In this document: piece after piece, positions 35,914 to 45,791 of the stretch | How positions within the stretch are numbered: the stretch's first letter is position 1 | Layout of the letters: each line of letters begins with the position of its first letter | Origin: an uncultured Verrucomicrobiae bacterium | GTDB lineage: Bacteria; Verrucomicrobiota; Verrucomicrobiia; Limisphaerales; Palsa-1400 | Length of the DNA: 64,000 nucleotides | Assembly (NCBI GenBank): GCA_963707025.1 | Contig: CAVPOM010000012.1 | Coordinates: 192,001-256,000 of the forward strand | Reading direction: 5' to 3' | The notes under the pieces: generated by a model | The model's input: the letters and a program-made list of their open reading frames with translations, nothing else | Database searches by the model: none | Told to the model about the DNA's origin: nothing | Made by a program: the position numbers and the translations under genes

Positions 35914-38900
35914 ATGAAGAAGCTTGTTTTGTTTGCCACCATTTTGTCCTCAGCGTTGACCGCGCACGCGCAATACTTCTTCACCAATGGAAACCTGGCG
36001 ATTGAACGGCTCGGCACCGCCAGCGACCCGGCTGGCACCAGCGGTGGCACGCCGATTTACATAGACCAATATGATACCAACGGGAACCTGCTTGGCACCA
36101 TTGCCATTCCAGCCACCAACAGCGTCAGCGTCACCAACGCGCTGGTTGCCTCTGGTAACACCAATACCGAAGGCCATTTCACCCTGTTGATAGACGGAAC
36201 CAAACTGGTGCTGGTTGGCTACGACACCAGCGCCGGTGGGAGCGGCATCAGCAGCAGCACAACGAATGCGGTCCCGCGCGCTGTCGCCACAGTTGACTAC
36301 AACGGCAATTACCAGATGCAGTTCAACAACGCCGGTTATTCTGGAGGGAACATTTGCGAGGCTGTCTCCGACGGAACCAATCAATTTTGGACCGCCGGCG
36401 CCAACGCTGGCATTCAATATTTCTCCACGCCTGGGGCAGCCCCGGTGCTCATCGAGGGGGGGAACACCAACAATCGAAACCTTGAGATTTGCAACGGCAT
36501 CTTGTCTTGGACGACAGATTCAACGAGTGGCGGGGCCTCGGTTGGAATCGAGACTTTCGGGGATTTGCCCACATCAACCACCGCCATCGCCAGCCTCATA
36601 CCGGACGAGTCGTCCACCGTCAGTCCTTATGATTTTGCCATCAGCCCGGACGGGACCCAAGCTTATCTTGTGGACAATGGCAGTTTTTCAGGCGGCATCA
36701 TCAGCTACCAAATCACTTTGATCTATGAGGGTGGGTTCCCCCCGGTTTATGCCAAGGTGTGGTCCCAGCAATATATTCTCCCCGTTAACGTCACCACCCA
36801 CGCCAGCGCTCTCTCCCTGGTCGTGGAATGGAACGGCGGCGGCAGCCATGGCGGCAACGTCATTTACGCGATCACTTCGGACACCGCGCCACTGCTGGTC
36901 AAGATCATTGACAACGGAAGCTCTTCGACCCCCACCACGCTGGCCACCTCCCCAACCGCGTCGCTTTTCCGCGACGTGAAATTCGTCCCGCTTCCCCCCG
37001 GCAGCGGCATGACTCCCCTCGGCTACGGGCCGGCCATCGCCACCGGCGGCCAGCCGAGCAACGACACGGTTTACGTTGGCCAAAATGCCTCCTTCACCGT
37101 CAGCATTATGGGAAACGCGACCACGCCGGTCTATTATCAGTGGTATTCGAACAATATGGCCGTCCCTGACGAAACTAACGCGGTCGCGACCATTTTCAGC
37201 ACGACCCTCGCGCAGAATGACACGCCGTTTTACGTAATGATCACCAATGCTTTTGGCGCGGTCACAAGCCAGGTGGCGACTTTGTATGTCAAGGGACAAC
37301 CTCCAAGCATTGCATCGATTTCACCCAGCAACGTGGTGCTCAATGCCGGCGCTTCTGCGACCTTTACAGTGACGGAGGTCGGCACCAGTAATTCCTATTT
37401 CTGGTATCAGAACAACAGCGGTCCGCTGAGTGACGGCGGGGGTCTTTCAGGCAGTGCCACGGCGGCGCTGACAATTTCACCCGCGTATGAGGCCGACACG
37501 GGAAGTTACGCGGTGGTGGTGAGCAATTCCTATGGATCGGTGACGAGCGCGCCGGTCATTTTGCGGGTTATGGATCCGGTGATCACTCTCCAACCGATGG
37601 GCGTCACCAATATCGGCGGGGCTGCCGGCGCCGACCCAACCCTCGAAGTTATTGCGGTCGGCACACCAAATCTGACTTATCAGTGGCTTTCCAACGGTGT
37701 GCCAATCCCGGGAGCGCAGGGCTCCAACTACACTGTCTCATCTTCCCCCGGAGTTCCAGCCACTTACTCGGTAATTGTCGCCAACGGACTGGGTGCCGGC
37801 GTCACCAGCCAGGGGGCCACCGTAATGATTCAGCCCGCCGCCACGGTCGCTGTTCAAAACGCGCAGTTTTTCCAAATCAAAGGACCTGCAGCAACGGGCA
37901 TCATCGGGTTGCAAGCAGACGGCTCGCTGATGTGGACCAACGCGCAAACGAACGCAACTTATACCATCCAGAAGGCCGCCACACTTGGCAACGTTTCCAA
38001 TTGGATGGACTTCGTCCACATTCTGACCACCTCCTTTATTTTAACCAACAAGGTTCTTATTGAAATCCCACCCCCCGGCATGGTTTGGATTCCTGGTGGG
38101 ACCTTCACCATGGGGAACGCTCTTGCTAATGTTCTTGTGACAAACGACACCTATGATTATATTCTCAATACGGGTTATCTTGAGGTTTCTTCGACAAATT
38201 ATGCAGTTTACGAGGGGGATGCCAGCCCCACTAACATAACATTGCTGACGGGGTTTTTCATGGACGAGAACCTGGTGAGTTTAAGCCAATGGCGGTCGGT
38301 TTGCGAATACGCGACCAATGATGAGATCTACGGTATTTATGAATTTGCCAACCCGGGTTACGCCAAAGCCTGGAATCATCCGGTGCAGGGTGTAGATTGG
38401 TATGACTGCGCAAAGTGGTGCAACGCACGGTCGGAGCAAGCGGGTTTACTGCCGGTGTATTACACCAACGCGGATATGGATTCGCTCTCGGTATTTAGAA
38501 CCGGCGAACCGGCTGTGGTGTACGCTAATTGGGCGATCCTCAGCAGCTATCGCCTGCCGACAGAGGCAGAGTGGGAGATGGCTGCACGAGGCGGGCAGGT
38601 TGGTCAAAGGTTTCCGTGGGGCAACACCATTACTGAAAGTCAGGCCAACTACTCGTCTATAAAGCAGATTTACTTGAATATTCCCATTATCGGTGGGGGG
38701 GGTTATGGTTTACCAGATTACATCAAAACAATTTATTCCTGGCCTTACGATATAAATGGCAGTGTGGATTTACAACAGCCAGCTTCCCCCAATCCGGTCT
38801 TCGCGACCACCGTTCCTTATACCAGTCCGGTGGGATGGTTTTCAGCGAATTCTTATGGACTTTACGACATGGCAGGGAATGTCAACGAGTGGTGTTGGGA

Positions 38901-39165
38901 TTGGTACGGAACGCCGTATGGTCAATCCTCGCCCGACGCTTCAACCTATGCTTTAACCTTTTCAGGTCCTCTCACAGGGAGCACCCGTGTAGTGCGCGGC
39001 GGCAGTTGGGCCTCACTAGCCGAGCAAGCACAGTGCGGATTTCGCAACTCGCAAGCCCCCAACTTGAACACCGTCCCCAACCTCAATATCCAAGGCAGCT
39101 TCTCCGCCGGTGGAGACCCGGTTGGCTTTCGCTGCGTGAAGCAGTTTTCACCGTCATCCCGCTGA
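35914..39165 (+). CDS. Secreted protein with Ig-like domains and a C-terminal FGE/SUMF1 (C-type-lectin-fold) domain
   Basis: Signal peptide; YQW Ig motifs; IPGGTFTMG, YRLPTEAEWE, NSYGLYDMAGNVNEWCWD, RGGSW, GFRCV. Confidence 0.9.
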   Translation: MKKLVLFATILSSALTAHAQYFFTNGNLAIERLGTASDPAGTSGGTPIYIDQYDTNGNLLGTIAIPATNSVSVTNALVASGNTNTEGHFTLLIDGTKLVLVGYDTSAGGSGISSSTTNAVPRAVATVDYNGNYQMQFNNAGYSGGNICEAVSDGTNQFWTAGANAGIQYFSTPGAAPVLIEGGNTNNRNLEICNGILSWTTDSTSGGASVGIETFGDLPTSTTAIASLIPDESSTVSPYDFAISPDGTQAYLVDNGSFSGGIISYQITLIYEGGFPPVYAKVWSQQYILPVNVTTHASALSLVVEWNGGGSHGGNVIYAITSDTAPLLVKIIDNGSSSTPTTLATSPTASLFRDVKFVPLPPGSGMTPLGYGPAIATGGQPSNDTVYVGQNASFTVSIMGNATTPVYYQWYSNNMAVPDETNAVATIFSTTLAQNDTPFYVMITNAFGAVTSQVATLYVKGQPPSIASISPSNVVLNAGASATFTVTEVGTSNSYFWYQNNSGPLSDGGGLSGSATAALTISPAYEADTGSYAVVVSNSYGSVTSAPVILRVMDPVITLQPMGVTNIGGAAGADPTLEVIAVGTPNLTYQWLSNGVPIPGAQGSNYTVSSSPGVPATYSVIVANGLGAGVTSQGATVMIQPAATVAVQNAQFFQIKGPAATGIIGLQADGSLMWTNAQTNATYTIQKAATLGNVSNWMDFVHILTTSFILTNKVLIEIPPPGMVWIPGGTFTMGNALANVLVTNDTYDYILNTGYLEVSSTNYAVYEGDASPTNITLLTGFFMDENLVSLSQWRSVCEYATNDEIYGIYEFANPGYAKAWNHPVQGVDWYDCAKWCNARSEQAGLLPVYYTNADMDSLSVFRTGEPAVVYANWAILSSYRLPTEAEWEMAARGGQVGQRFPWGNTITESQANYSSIKQIYLNIPIIGGGGYGLPDYIKTIYSWPYDINGSVDLQQPASPNPVFATTVPYTSPVGWFSANSYGLYDMAGNVNEWCWDWYGTPYGQSSPDASTYALTFSGPLTGSTRVVRGGSWASLAEQAQCGFRNSQAPNLNTVPNLNIQGSFSAGGDPVGFRCVKQFSPSSR

Positions 39166-39236
39166 GCGAGATGGCGTATTTTAAGGCGATTGAAAATGAG
39201 CGGTTTGCACAGCAAAAGCGATGTGATCGATTTCAA

Positions 39237-40481
39237 TTAAAACGGATCCCCCGACGCTTCCATCAAATCGTTTTGCAAATCCGTTTCTGTCGCCGGCCCC
39301 ACATCCATGTTGTCCGCTTTCGCTGGCCGGGATTCCTGCCAGCGCACTTCCGCCGCCTCATCAAACGCCAACTCCGTGAATTTCCGCAACAAAGCCGAAT
39401 CCGCCGCGATCATGCTCTTTTTCCCCGCCTCATCCAGATACGGAAAGGGGTCTTGCGCAAACTCCCGCAACATCATCGCCGCCACGCCGCTTTCAAACTG
39501 GCCTTTGCCAAACAGCAACGGCACCGGGATGGACGCGATAATCTCGCCCAGGTAATAATGCCAGCGTGAACCGAAATAATCCGCAAAGTCGCCATACTCC
39601 TGAAAATGCAGCATGGACGCCGCCAGCCTGAGCCGGGTCCGGTGAATGAGATTGCCCAGGGTGTGCGGGGAGAACCGCATGGTGAATCTTTGGCTCAGAC
39701 TGCGGGAAAACCGCACCAGCCGGTTTTTGCGCCCAGCCGGGACCAGCCCAAAGGACTTGGACAAATACCCGGCCACATACCGGGCGACCGCTGCGCCGGT
39801 TTTCTTGATCGGGAGCAGTTCCACCCGCCCGAAACGATACTTGCAGCAGGTTTGCCGCAACACCTGCCATTCCGCCGCCAGCGCCGCATTGCGCAGGTGC
39901 TTCCCGCGCCGCATCCAGTAAGGCAGCTTGTAGTTGGAGAGGGTTTCAACGTCCGTGCCGGTCCGAATGTCCGCTTTGGTGGACACCACCACATGGAGAT
40001 GCCACACGCCGTCTCTGTGCGGTTCCAGAACACAAATCCAATCTTCGTAACGCCTGGTGACGACGTTGGACGCGAAGGAATGCCAGCGCGCCTGGACGAA
40101 ATCCAGGTCTTTGGCCTGCTCCCGCAATTTCCGCGTGGCTTCCGATCCTCTGCCACTCCCTGGCACACCAAAGGACAGGGTGAGCAGTCCGACCCTGTTG
40201 ATACCGTGCTTTCTCACCACCCCTTCAATAGCCGTGCTGATCCGGTGACGGCCTTTCTTGCGGTAAGGGGAGAGCGGTTCAGGCTTGATTCTCTCCTTTT
40301 CAATGCAGCTATTGCTATTATGACAAGGAAGGGCGGGGCGGGCGGCCCTGACGGGCCGCACCGCCCCCGCCCCTTCCGCGTCGCCAGTTGGAGCCACATC
40401 CGGCCGCAGAACCGGCGAGCAGTGGTGCTCGCTGTCCGGTTCTGCTCGTTCTAACGCGCCACCGAGGCTCTGGGGACTCAC
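39237..40481 (-). CDS. HUH rolling-circle replication initiator
   Basis: Motif 1 LTLSF, motif 2 GVWHLHVVV, motif 3 YVAGYLSK. Confidence 0.85.
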   Translation of the reverse strand: MSPQSLGGALERAEPDSEHHCSPVLRPDVAPTGDAEGAGAVRPVRAARPALPCHNSNSCIEKERIKPEPLSPYRKKGRHRISTAIEGVVRKHGINRVGLLTLSFGVPGSGRGSEATRKLREQAKDLDFVQARWHSFASNVVTRRYEDWICVLEPHRDGVWHLHVVVSTKADIRTGTDVETLSNYKLPYWMRRGKHLRNAALAAEWQVLRQTCCKYRFGRVELLPIKKTGAAVARYVAGYLSKSFGLVPAGRKNRLVRFSRSLSQRFTMRFSPHTLGNLIHRTRLRLAASMLHFQEYGDFADYFGSRWHYYLGEIIASIPVPLLFGKGQFESGVAAMMLREFAQDPFPYLDEAGKKSMIAADSALLRKFTELAFDEAAEVRWQESRPAKADNMDVGPATETDLQNDLMEASGDPF

Positions 40482-40795
40482 AGGCCCCCCTCCCGCTGGC
40501 GAATTGGAACCTTGTGGACTTGCGCAAAATCGCCCGCCGCCGCCCTCTTGTTGAATTTATCAATGGCCTCCTGGGTGAGATATTGGCGGCCCGCGATGTT
40601 GACCGTTTGGAGCCAGCCCTTCTTGCGCCAGCGCCAGGCCGTGCAGGCCGTCACGCCCACACGTTGAAGCCATTGAGAAAGGCTGATGATCGCACCGGGA
40701 GCTAGGGCGATTGACCCAGGAATGGCGGACGGAACCCCAAGAGGTTTTCCCCAAACCGACGGCGAAGAAATTGATATTGTGTCCGACATGGACAC
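40478..40795 (-). CDS. Excisionase-like HTH protein
   Basis: LSQWLQRVGVTACTAWRWRKKGWLQTVNIAGRQYLT. Confidence 0.75.
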   Translation of the reverse strand: MSMSDTISISSPSVWGKPLGVPSAIPGSIALAPGAIISLSQWLQRVGVTACTAWRWRKKGWLQTVNIAGRQYLTQEAIDKFNKRAAAGDFAQVHKVPIRQREGGL

Positions 40796-40827
40796 AACCT
40801 ACGATAACTACATACCGTCGTCAACCT

Positions 40828-41253
40828 TTATGTCTTGCCCGGTGAATCTTGGTCCTTGGCCCCGGCAAACGCCGCGACCCACTGCTCTTTGATGCTCGGT
40901 TCTTTCCAGGGCCGCCCCGCCTGCCGTTGCAGCTTCACGAAGGACTCCAATTCGTTGGCGGAGAGCCACTTCTTTCCCAGCAGATCAATCGGATGCAGGG
41001 TCCCCTCTTTCACCAGGTCATTGACCCGCTGCTTGCTCACCCCCAGGACGGTCGCCGCACTGGCAAACGGCAGCAGACCGCCTTCCCGGCTGGTTATGGC
41101 GCGGAGATTGCGAAAGACATCCAGAATGCCTTTCTTCACTTTCCGCTGCGGCAAATCACCAGTTGCGGCGGCAGACGGGGTATCGGCTGGCTTTATCATG
41201 TCCAAAGGATAGTTTATCGGTTTATGAAGGTCAATGGTTATTTTGCGCGTCAT
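40828..41253 (-). CDS. HTH DNA-binding protein
   Basis: LLPFASAATVLGVSKQRVNDLVKEGTL; ATGA-coupled to the integrase. Confidence 0.75.
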   Translation of the reverse strand: MTRKITIDLHKPINYPLDMIKPADTPSAAATGDLPQRKVKKGILDVFRNLRAITSREGGLLPFASAATVLGVSKQRVNDLVKEGTLHPIDLLGKKWLSANELESFVKLQRQAGRPWKEPSIKEQWVAAFAGAKDQDSPGKT

Positions 41254-42479
41254 GCCGCCGCCACACTTCCGAGAATCACCGGCCCGAAATTCACCCGTTG
41301 CGCCTGCCGTTGCGCGTGCTCATTCGACAGATGCCCATACACCTTGCCGATCAATACGCCGCCGTCCTGGTGGCCGACCCACTTGGCAATCGTCATGAAG
41401 TCAATCCCCGACATGACGCACATGGAGATGAAGAAGTGGCGGCACAGGTGGCAGGTGAAATCAGGAATCCCCGCTTTCTCGCGCGCTTTGGTCAGGGCCT
41501 TGTTCAGCGTCACGGTAGGCGCGTCAGCATCCCCCCGGCGCGGGGAAGGGAAGATGAAGTCCGAATCCGGCTGGCGTCGTTTCGCCATGTCGAAGAGCAG
41601 CGCCTTGAGTTTGGGGTTAAAATCCACGACCCGGGCCTTGCGGTTTTTCGTCTGGCCGTCACTGCCAACGGTCAGTTGCCCATTGACCAGGTCCACACCC
41701 TGCCAGCGCAGCCGAAGCGTCTCAGACCATCTGCCGCCGCTGTAGGCCATCATTTGAATGAAGTCCGAGAGCATTTGGCCCGTCATCGGCACTTCCGCAA
41801 CAGCCGCCCGACAAATGCGGTCAATCTCATCCGGCGTGACCAACCGCCGCTTTTTGGCCTCTTGATGCAGCCACTGGACGCCCTCGATTTGCAGACCGGC
41901 CAGAAGCCCCTCAGCGACGGCGTGACGCAACACGTTGCGGAGTGTGACGATTTCCAGGTTGATGCTCCGCCCTGACATGCCCTGCCCCTTGCGCACAGCC
42001 ATGTAACGCATGACGACCGCCTTCGTGATTTCCTTTATCCGCAGTTCGCCGATCACCGACACCAGGGCGTTGATGCTTGTGCGCTCCCGGTGAACCGTGT
42101 TTGGCGTCTTGTTTTTCAACGCCTCGCAGTAATCCAGGTATTGCTTGGCGTATTCGCCAAAGGCCGGCGTGCGTTTGGGGGAGAGCTTGAGTTCCTTGTC
42201 TTCGCGTTTGCCCTTGAGCCGGTTCATCACCTTGACCGCATCGGGCACGGTGGACACCGGCTTGCCATCGGCATCCTCAAGGCGGACGCGCCGCACCATT
42301 TTCTTGCCGGTGGCCTCATCGTCAATGGTCAGTTGCGCGTAAAAGGCTTCGTTGCGCTCCCAAAGGCCCCGCACTCTGCGCTTGCGTTGGTCAAAGACCT
42401 TGGCGTATTGTCCTGAACCATGTTGATGAACTGTGACAGATTGGTTGCCGGTAGTGCTTGCGGTTGCATTGCATTTCAT
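41250..42479 (-). CDS. Tyrosine recombinase/integrase (intact)
   Basis: YSGGRWSE, TKN, HLCRH, VGH and VY catalytic set. Confidence 0.93.
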   Translation of the reverse strand: MKCNATASTTGNQSVTVHQHGSGQYAKVFDQRKRRVRGLWERNEAFYAQLTIDDEATGKKMVRRVRLEDADGKPVSTVPDAVKVMNRLKGKREDKELKLSPKRTPAFGEYAKQYLDYCEALKNKTPNTVHRERTSINALVSVIGELRIKEITKAVVMRYMAVRKGQGMSGRSINLEIVTLRNVLRHAVAEGLLAGLQIEGVQWLHQEAKKRRLVTPDEIDRICRAAVAEVPMTGQMLSDFIQMMAYSGGRWSETLRLRWQGVDLVNGQLTVGSDGQTKNRKARVVDFNPKLKALLFDMAKRRQPDSDFIFPSPRRGDADAPTVTLNKALTKAREKAGIPDFTCHLCRHFFISMCVMSGIDFMTIAKWVGHQDGGVLIGKVYGHLSNEHAQRQAQRVNFGPVILGSVAAA

Positions 42480-42560
42480 GCCGTAACACTAGCACAACCA
42501 CTAGCACAACGTCAATTTAAATATTTCGTTTGCGTCGTAAGTGCTTGCAAATGAACGGTT

Positions 42561-42605
42561 GGCAGGATAGCTCAGTTGGTAGAGCAGAGGACCGAAAATC
42601 CTCGT
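42561..42605 (+). other. tRNA-Phe(GAA) 5'-half fragment (att site, not a complete tRNA)
   Basis: GGCAGGATAGCTCAGTTGGTAGAGCAGAGGACCGAAAATCCTCGT with no T-arm or acceptor strand after it. Confidence 0.85.
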
Positions 42606-42636
42606 TTTCCGGCACCAACCAAGCCACAATGCCTCC

Positions 42637-43593
42637 ATGAGGAAGCGGTTCCGCAACGTAGTGATACTTTTTGGGGTTTGTGGTCTTAGTGCGGCGGGAT
42701 TATATGCCCTCTATCCCCGGGAGCCATCTTTCGAGGGAAGGCGCTTAAGCGAATGGATTCTGACCGCGCATGATAAAGAGCCGGGGCCGGAAAAAGAAAA
42801 AGCTCTCACAGTGGTCCGCCAATTGGGGCCTGAATCAATTCCCTTGTTTTTGCATTGGCTCCGAAGTAATGAGGGTCCGTCATGGAATGAAAGAGTTCAC
42901 GACGCGGAATCATGGTTAGTGGCGCATCGCCTTCTCAAACCTCATCCAATTGGAGGCACTGGCAGCGGCCCCGGCCACCGCCTCATTGCTGAATATGCGT
43001 TGGCTGAGCTCGATCCGGCAGGAAAGAGAGTTGTCATGCCCGTGCTCATCAGGATGCTCGGAGACAAGAAACACAAACCAGACGAATCCAGTGAAACAGC
43101 CGGAACCGCGTTCCTGGTTTTGCCCAAAATGGCGCCCGATTCAATTGCCCCGTTGATTGACGCTCTTGCCAGTCAGGATGTCCAAGTCTGGATGCTGGCC
43201 GCAGGCGCACTCGGAAACATCGGCCCCGATGCAAAGGCGGCCATCCCCGTACTGGAAAAAAGGCTCGCGGATAACGATGTCCACACGAGGGTGGGCGCGG
43301 CGGAAACCATTGTCAAACTTGGGGGCGATCCCGACAAGTTTATCCCCGTTGTAATTCAAAGTTTGCTGGAGGTGAAACGGGACAACATGGATTACTCCCT
43401 GGATATTTTGGTTCGTTACAAAGAACATGCCAAGGCCGCTGTTCCCGTTCTCTTAACTATTTTAAGTAATACCCCTCAATCCAGCAACTCAACTAACAAT
43501 GCTCTCCGTAATGGTGTAATGAATGCCCTCCACGAAATCGATCCCGGAGCTGCCGCCAAAGCTCAACTGCCACAACAATCGAATGACAATTAA
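42637..43593 (+). CDS. Membrane-anchored HEAT-repeat protein
   Basis: N-terminal TM, EPSFEGRRLSEW, AAGALGNIGPDAKAAIPVL repeats. Confidence 0.85.
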   Translation: MRKRFRNVVILFGVCGLSAAGLYALYPREPSFEGRRLSEWILTAHDKEPGPEKEKALTVVRQLGPESIPLFLHWLRSNEGPSWNERVHDAESWLVAHRLLKPHPIGGTGSGPGHRLIAEYALAELDPAGKRVVMPVLIRMLGDKKHKPDESSETAGTAFLVLPKMAPDSIAPLIDALASQDVQVWMLAAGALGNIGPDAKAAIPVLEKRLADNDVHTRVGAAETIVKLGGDPDKFIPVVIQSLLEVKRDNMDYSLDILVRYKEHAKAAVPVLLTILSNTPQSSNSTNNALRNGVMNALHEIDPGAAAKAQLPQQSNDN

Positions 43594-43651
43594 CATTCCC
43601 GGTGAAATCGGTGCCGGACCTTGTTTTCAAATTGACGTCTTCACCGCATTT

Positions 43652-45526
43652 TTAGCCGGCGCTAACGTAAGGTGGGGAGGTGAAGGAATCGTCGGCGAAG
43701 ATCTGGCGAGGATAGGTTTGGAGGTAGGAGGCGATTTCGGCGAGGAAGGCGGCGCCGTATTCGGCCAGCTTTTTCTCGCCCACACCGCTGATGCGCATGA
43801 ATTCATCGCGGCCGGCGGGGTAGTAACGCGCCATCTGCCGCAGGGCCACGTCGGAAAAAACGATGTAGGCGGGCAGGTTTCTCTCGTCGGCCAGCCGCTT
43901 GCGCAAGCGGCGCAGTTGCTCGAACAGCGCCTCGTCGCAGGCGATTTCTCCGGCGCGGGCGCGCCTTTCCGGGGCGGCGGGAGCGGTCACGGGTTGTGTC
44001 AATATTATCGTCCGGCGGTCGCGCAGGGCGGCGCGGCCCTCGGAGGTCAGCTCCAGCACGCTGAACTTTTCCGCCGCCTGGCGCAGGTAGCCCAGGCGGA
44101 TCAATTCGCGCCCAATGGCCTGCCATTCCCCGCGGCTGTGCTCCCCGCCAATGCCGTAGGTGGACAGGGTTTCGTGCCGCCAGCGGCGGATTTCCTCCGA
44201 ATCCGCCCCGGTCAAAATCTCGACGATGCGGTTCAAACCAACGCCGAAGCCGCTTTTTTGCGCGACGCGGAAAACGCAGGAGAGAAACTTGAGGGCGGCC
44301 TGGGTGCCGTCGAAGGTGGCGCGCGGGGAAAGGCAATTGTCGCAGCCGCCGCAGTTGCCGCCCGGAAAAGTCTCGCCGAAGTAGCGCAACAACTCGGCGC
44401 GGCGGCAGGCGGAGGAATCGGCGTAATGGACGATTTGCTGCAATTGTTCGCGGGCGACGCGCTGTTCGGCGGGCGGTTTTTCCTCGATGAACCCTTGCTG
44501 CTTGATGGCGTCGCCGGCGCTGAAAAGCAAAAGGCACTCGGCCGGGAGGCCGTCGCGTCCGGCGCGGCCGGTTTCCTGGTAGTAGCCCTCGATGTTTTTG
44601 GGCAGATCGTAATGGATGACGAAGCGGACGTTGGATTTGTTGATGCCCATGCCGAAAGCGATGGTGGCGCAAATGACGCGGACTTCGTCGCGCAGGAAAA
44701 GTTCCTGGTGCTCGGTGCGCTCGCCCCGGGCCAATCCGGCGTGGTAGGGGCGGGCGGGAATGTTGTTTTCATTGAGCTGGGCGGCGAGGGCGTCGGCCCT
44801 ATTGCGGCTCTGGCAATAAATAATTCCGCTGTCGCGCGGGCGGGAACGGAGGAACTCAATGACCTGCCGGGAGGGTTTGGCCTTCATGACGACGCGATAG
44901 GTCAGATTGGGGCGGTTGAAGCTGGCGACGAAGCGGCTTGCCTCGCGCAAATGCAGTTGTTCGACAATATCCTCGCGCACGCGGGCGGTGGCGGTGGCGG
45001 TCAGCGCCATCATGGGCACGCCGGGAAAGAGCGGGCGCAATTGGGAAAGCTGCCGGTATTCGGGCCGGAAATCATGGCCCCATTCGCTGATGCAATGGGC
45101 CTCGTCCACGGCGATCAAATTGACTTTCCAGCGCTGGAGATCGTCCAGGAAACCGGGGAGCATGAGCCGTTCGGGGGCGGCGTAGAGGAGGCGGTATTGG
45201 CCTTGATGAAGGCCGCGAAGCCGCGGGCGCGATTCCCCGGCGGCGAGGGAGGAATTGAGGAAGGTGGCGGCGATGCCGGCGGCCTGGAGCGCGTCCACCT
45301 GGTCTTTCATCAGGGCGATCAAGGGCGAAACGACGACGGTCAGGCCGGGCCGGAGGAGGGCGGGCAGTTGGAAGCAGAGCGATTTGCCGCCACCGGTGGG
45401 GAGGAGGGCAAAAACATCGCGTCCGGCGAGGGTGTCGCCAATGATCTCGCGCTGGAGCGGGCGAAAGGAGGTGAAGCCGAAAAACTTTTTCAGCGGCGCG
45501 AGCAAGGCACTTTCATCCGGGTTCAT
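43652..45526 (-). CDS. recQ: DNA helicase RecQ
   Basis: PTGGGKSLCFQ, DEAHCISEWGHDFRPEY, RQC cysteines, HRDC domain. Confidence 0.96.
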   Translation of the reverse strand: MNPDESALLAPLKKFFGFTSFRPLQREIIGDTLAGRDVFALLPTGGGKSLCFQLPALLRPGLTVVVSPLIALMKDQVDALQAAGIAATFLNSSLAAGESRPRLRGLHQGQYRLLYAAPERLMLPGFLDDLQRWKVNLIAVDEAHCISEWGHDFRPEYRQLSQLRPLFPGVPMMALTATATARVREDIVEQLHLREASRFVASFNRPNLTYRVVMKAKPSRQVIEFLRSRPRDSGIIYCQSRNRADALAAQLNENNIPARPYHAGLARGERTEHQELFLRDEVRVICATIAFGMGINKSNVRFVIHYDLPKNIEGYYQETGRAGRDGLPAECLLLFSAGDAIKQQGFIEEKPPAEQRVAREQLQQIVHYADSSACRRAELLRYFGETFPGGNCGGCDNCLSPRATFDGTQAALKFLSCVFRVAQKSGFGVGLNRIVEILTGADSEEIRRWRHETLSTYGIGGEHSRGEWQAIGRELIRLGYLRQAAEKFSVLELTSEGRAALRDRRTIILTQPVTAPAAPERRARAGEIACDEALFEQLRRLRKRLADERNLPAYIVFSDVALRQMARYYPAGRDEFMRISGVGEKKLAEYGAAFLAEIASYLQTYPRQIFADDSFTSPPYVSAG

Positions 45527-45791
45527 CCGAGCGAATGATAAAGGACAAATGATGAAGTAAAATGATAAACAAAGGGAAGCCGGGAAGCGATATTACGTTG
45601 GAATTGGGGAGTGGTTTTGGTCCGCGAAATGAAGCGAACCCCGAACGCTGGACGGGGCGGTTCCGCCGCCGCCCGGCGTGGCCGAGCTTCCGCCGTCGTT
45701 AAAACTTTGGCGGACGAGATGGCGGACAAGGGAGTATTTTGCCGGTGCTTTTTCGTTGCAAAAATTGGACGATGAACCATGATGATTCCTA

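Larger units (their letters stand above)
34982..42598. mobile_element. Integrative element with rolling-circle Rep and a tRNA-Phe-type att
   Basis: 7-bp core CCGAAAA at 34982-34988 and 42592-42598; paired AC(T/C)AGCACA arm repeats at 35121-35142 and 42488-42510; int-HTH-xis-rep operon. Confidence 0.8.

Noticed and set aside
38980..39165. FGE/CLec C-terminus as a diversity-generating retroelement target
   Set aside because: No template repeat and no reverse transcriptase are visible in the window; a remote DGR cannot be excluded
42561..42640. Functional tRNA-Phe gene
   Set aside because: The T-arm and 3' acceptor strand are absent
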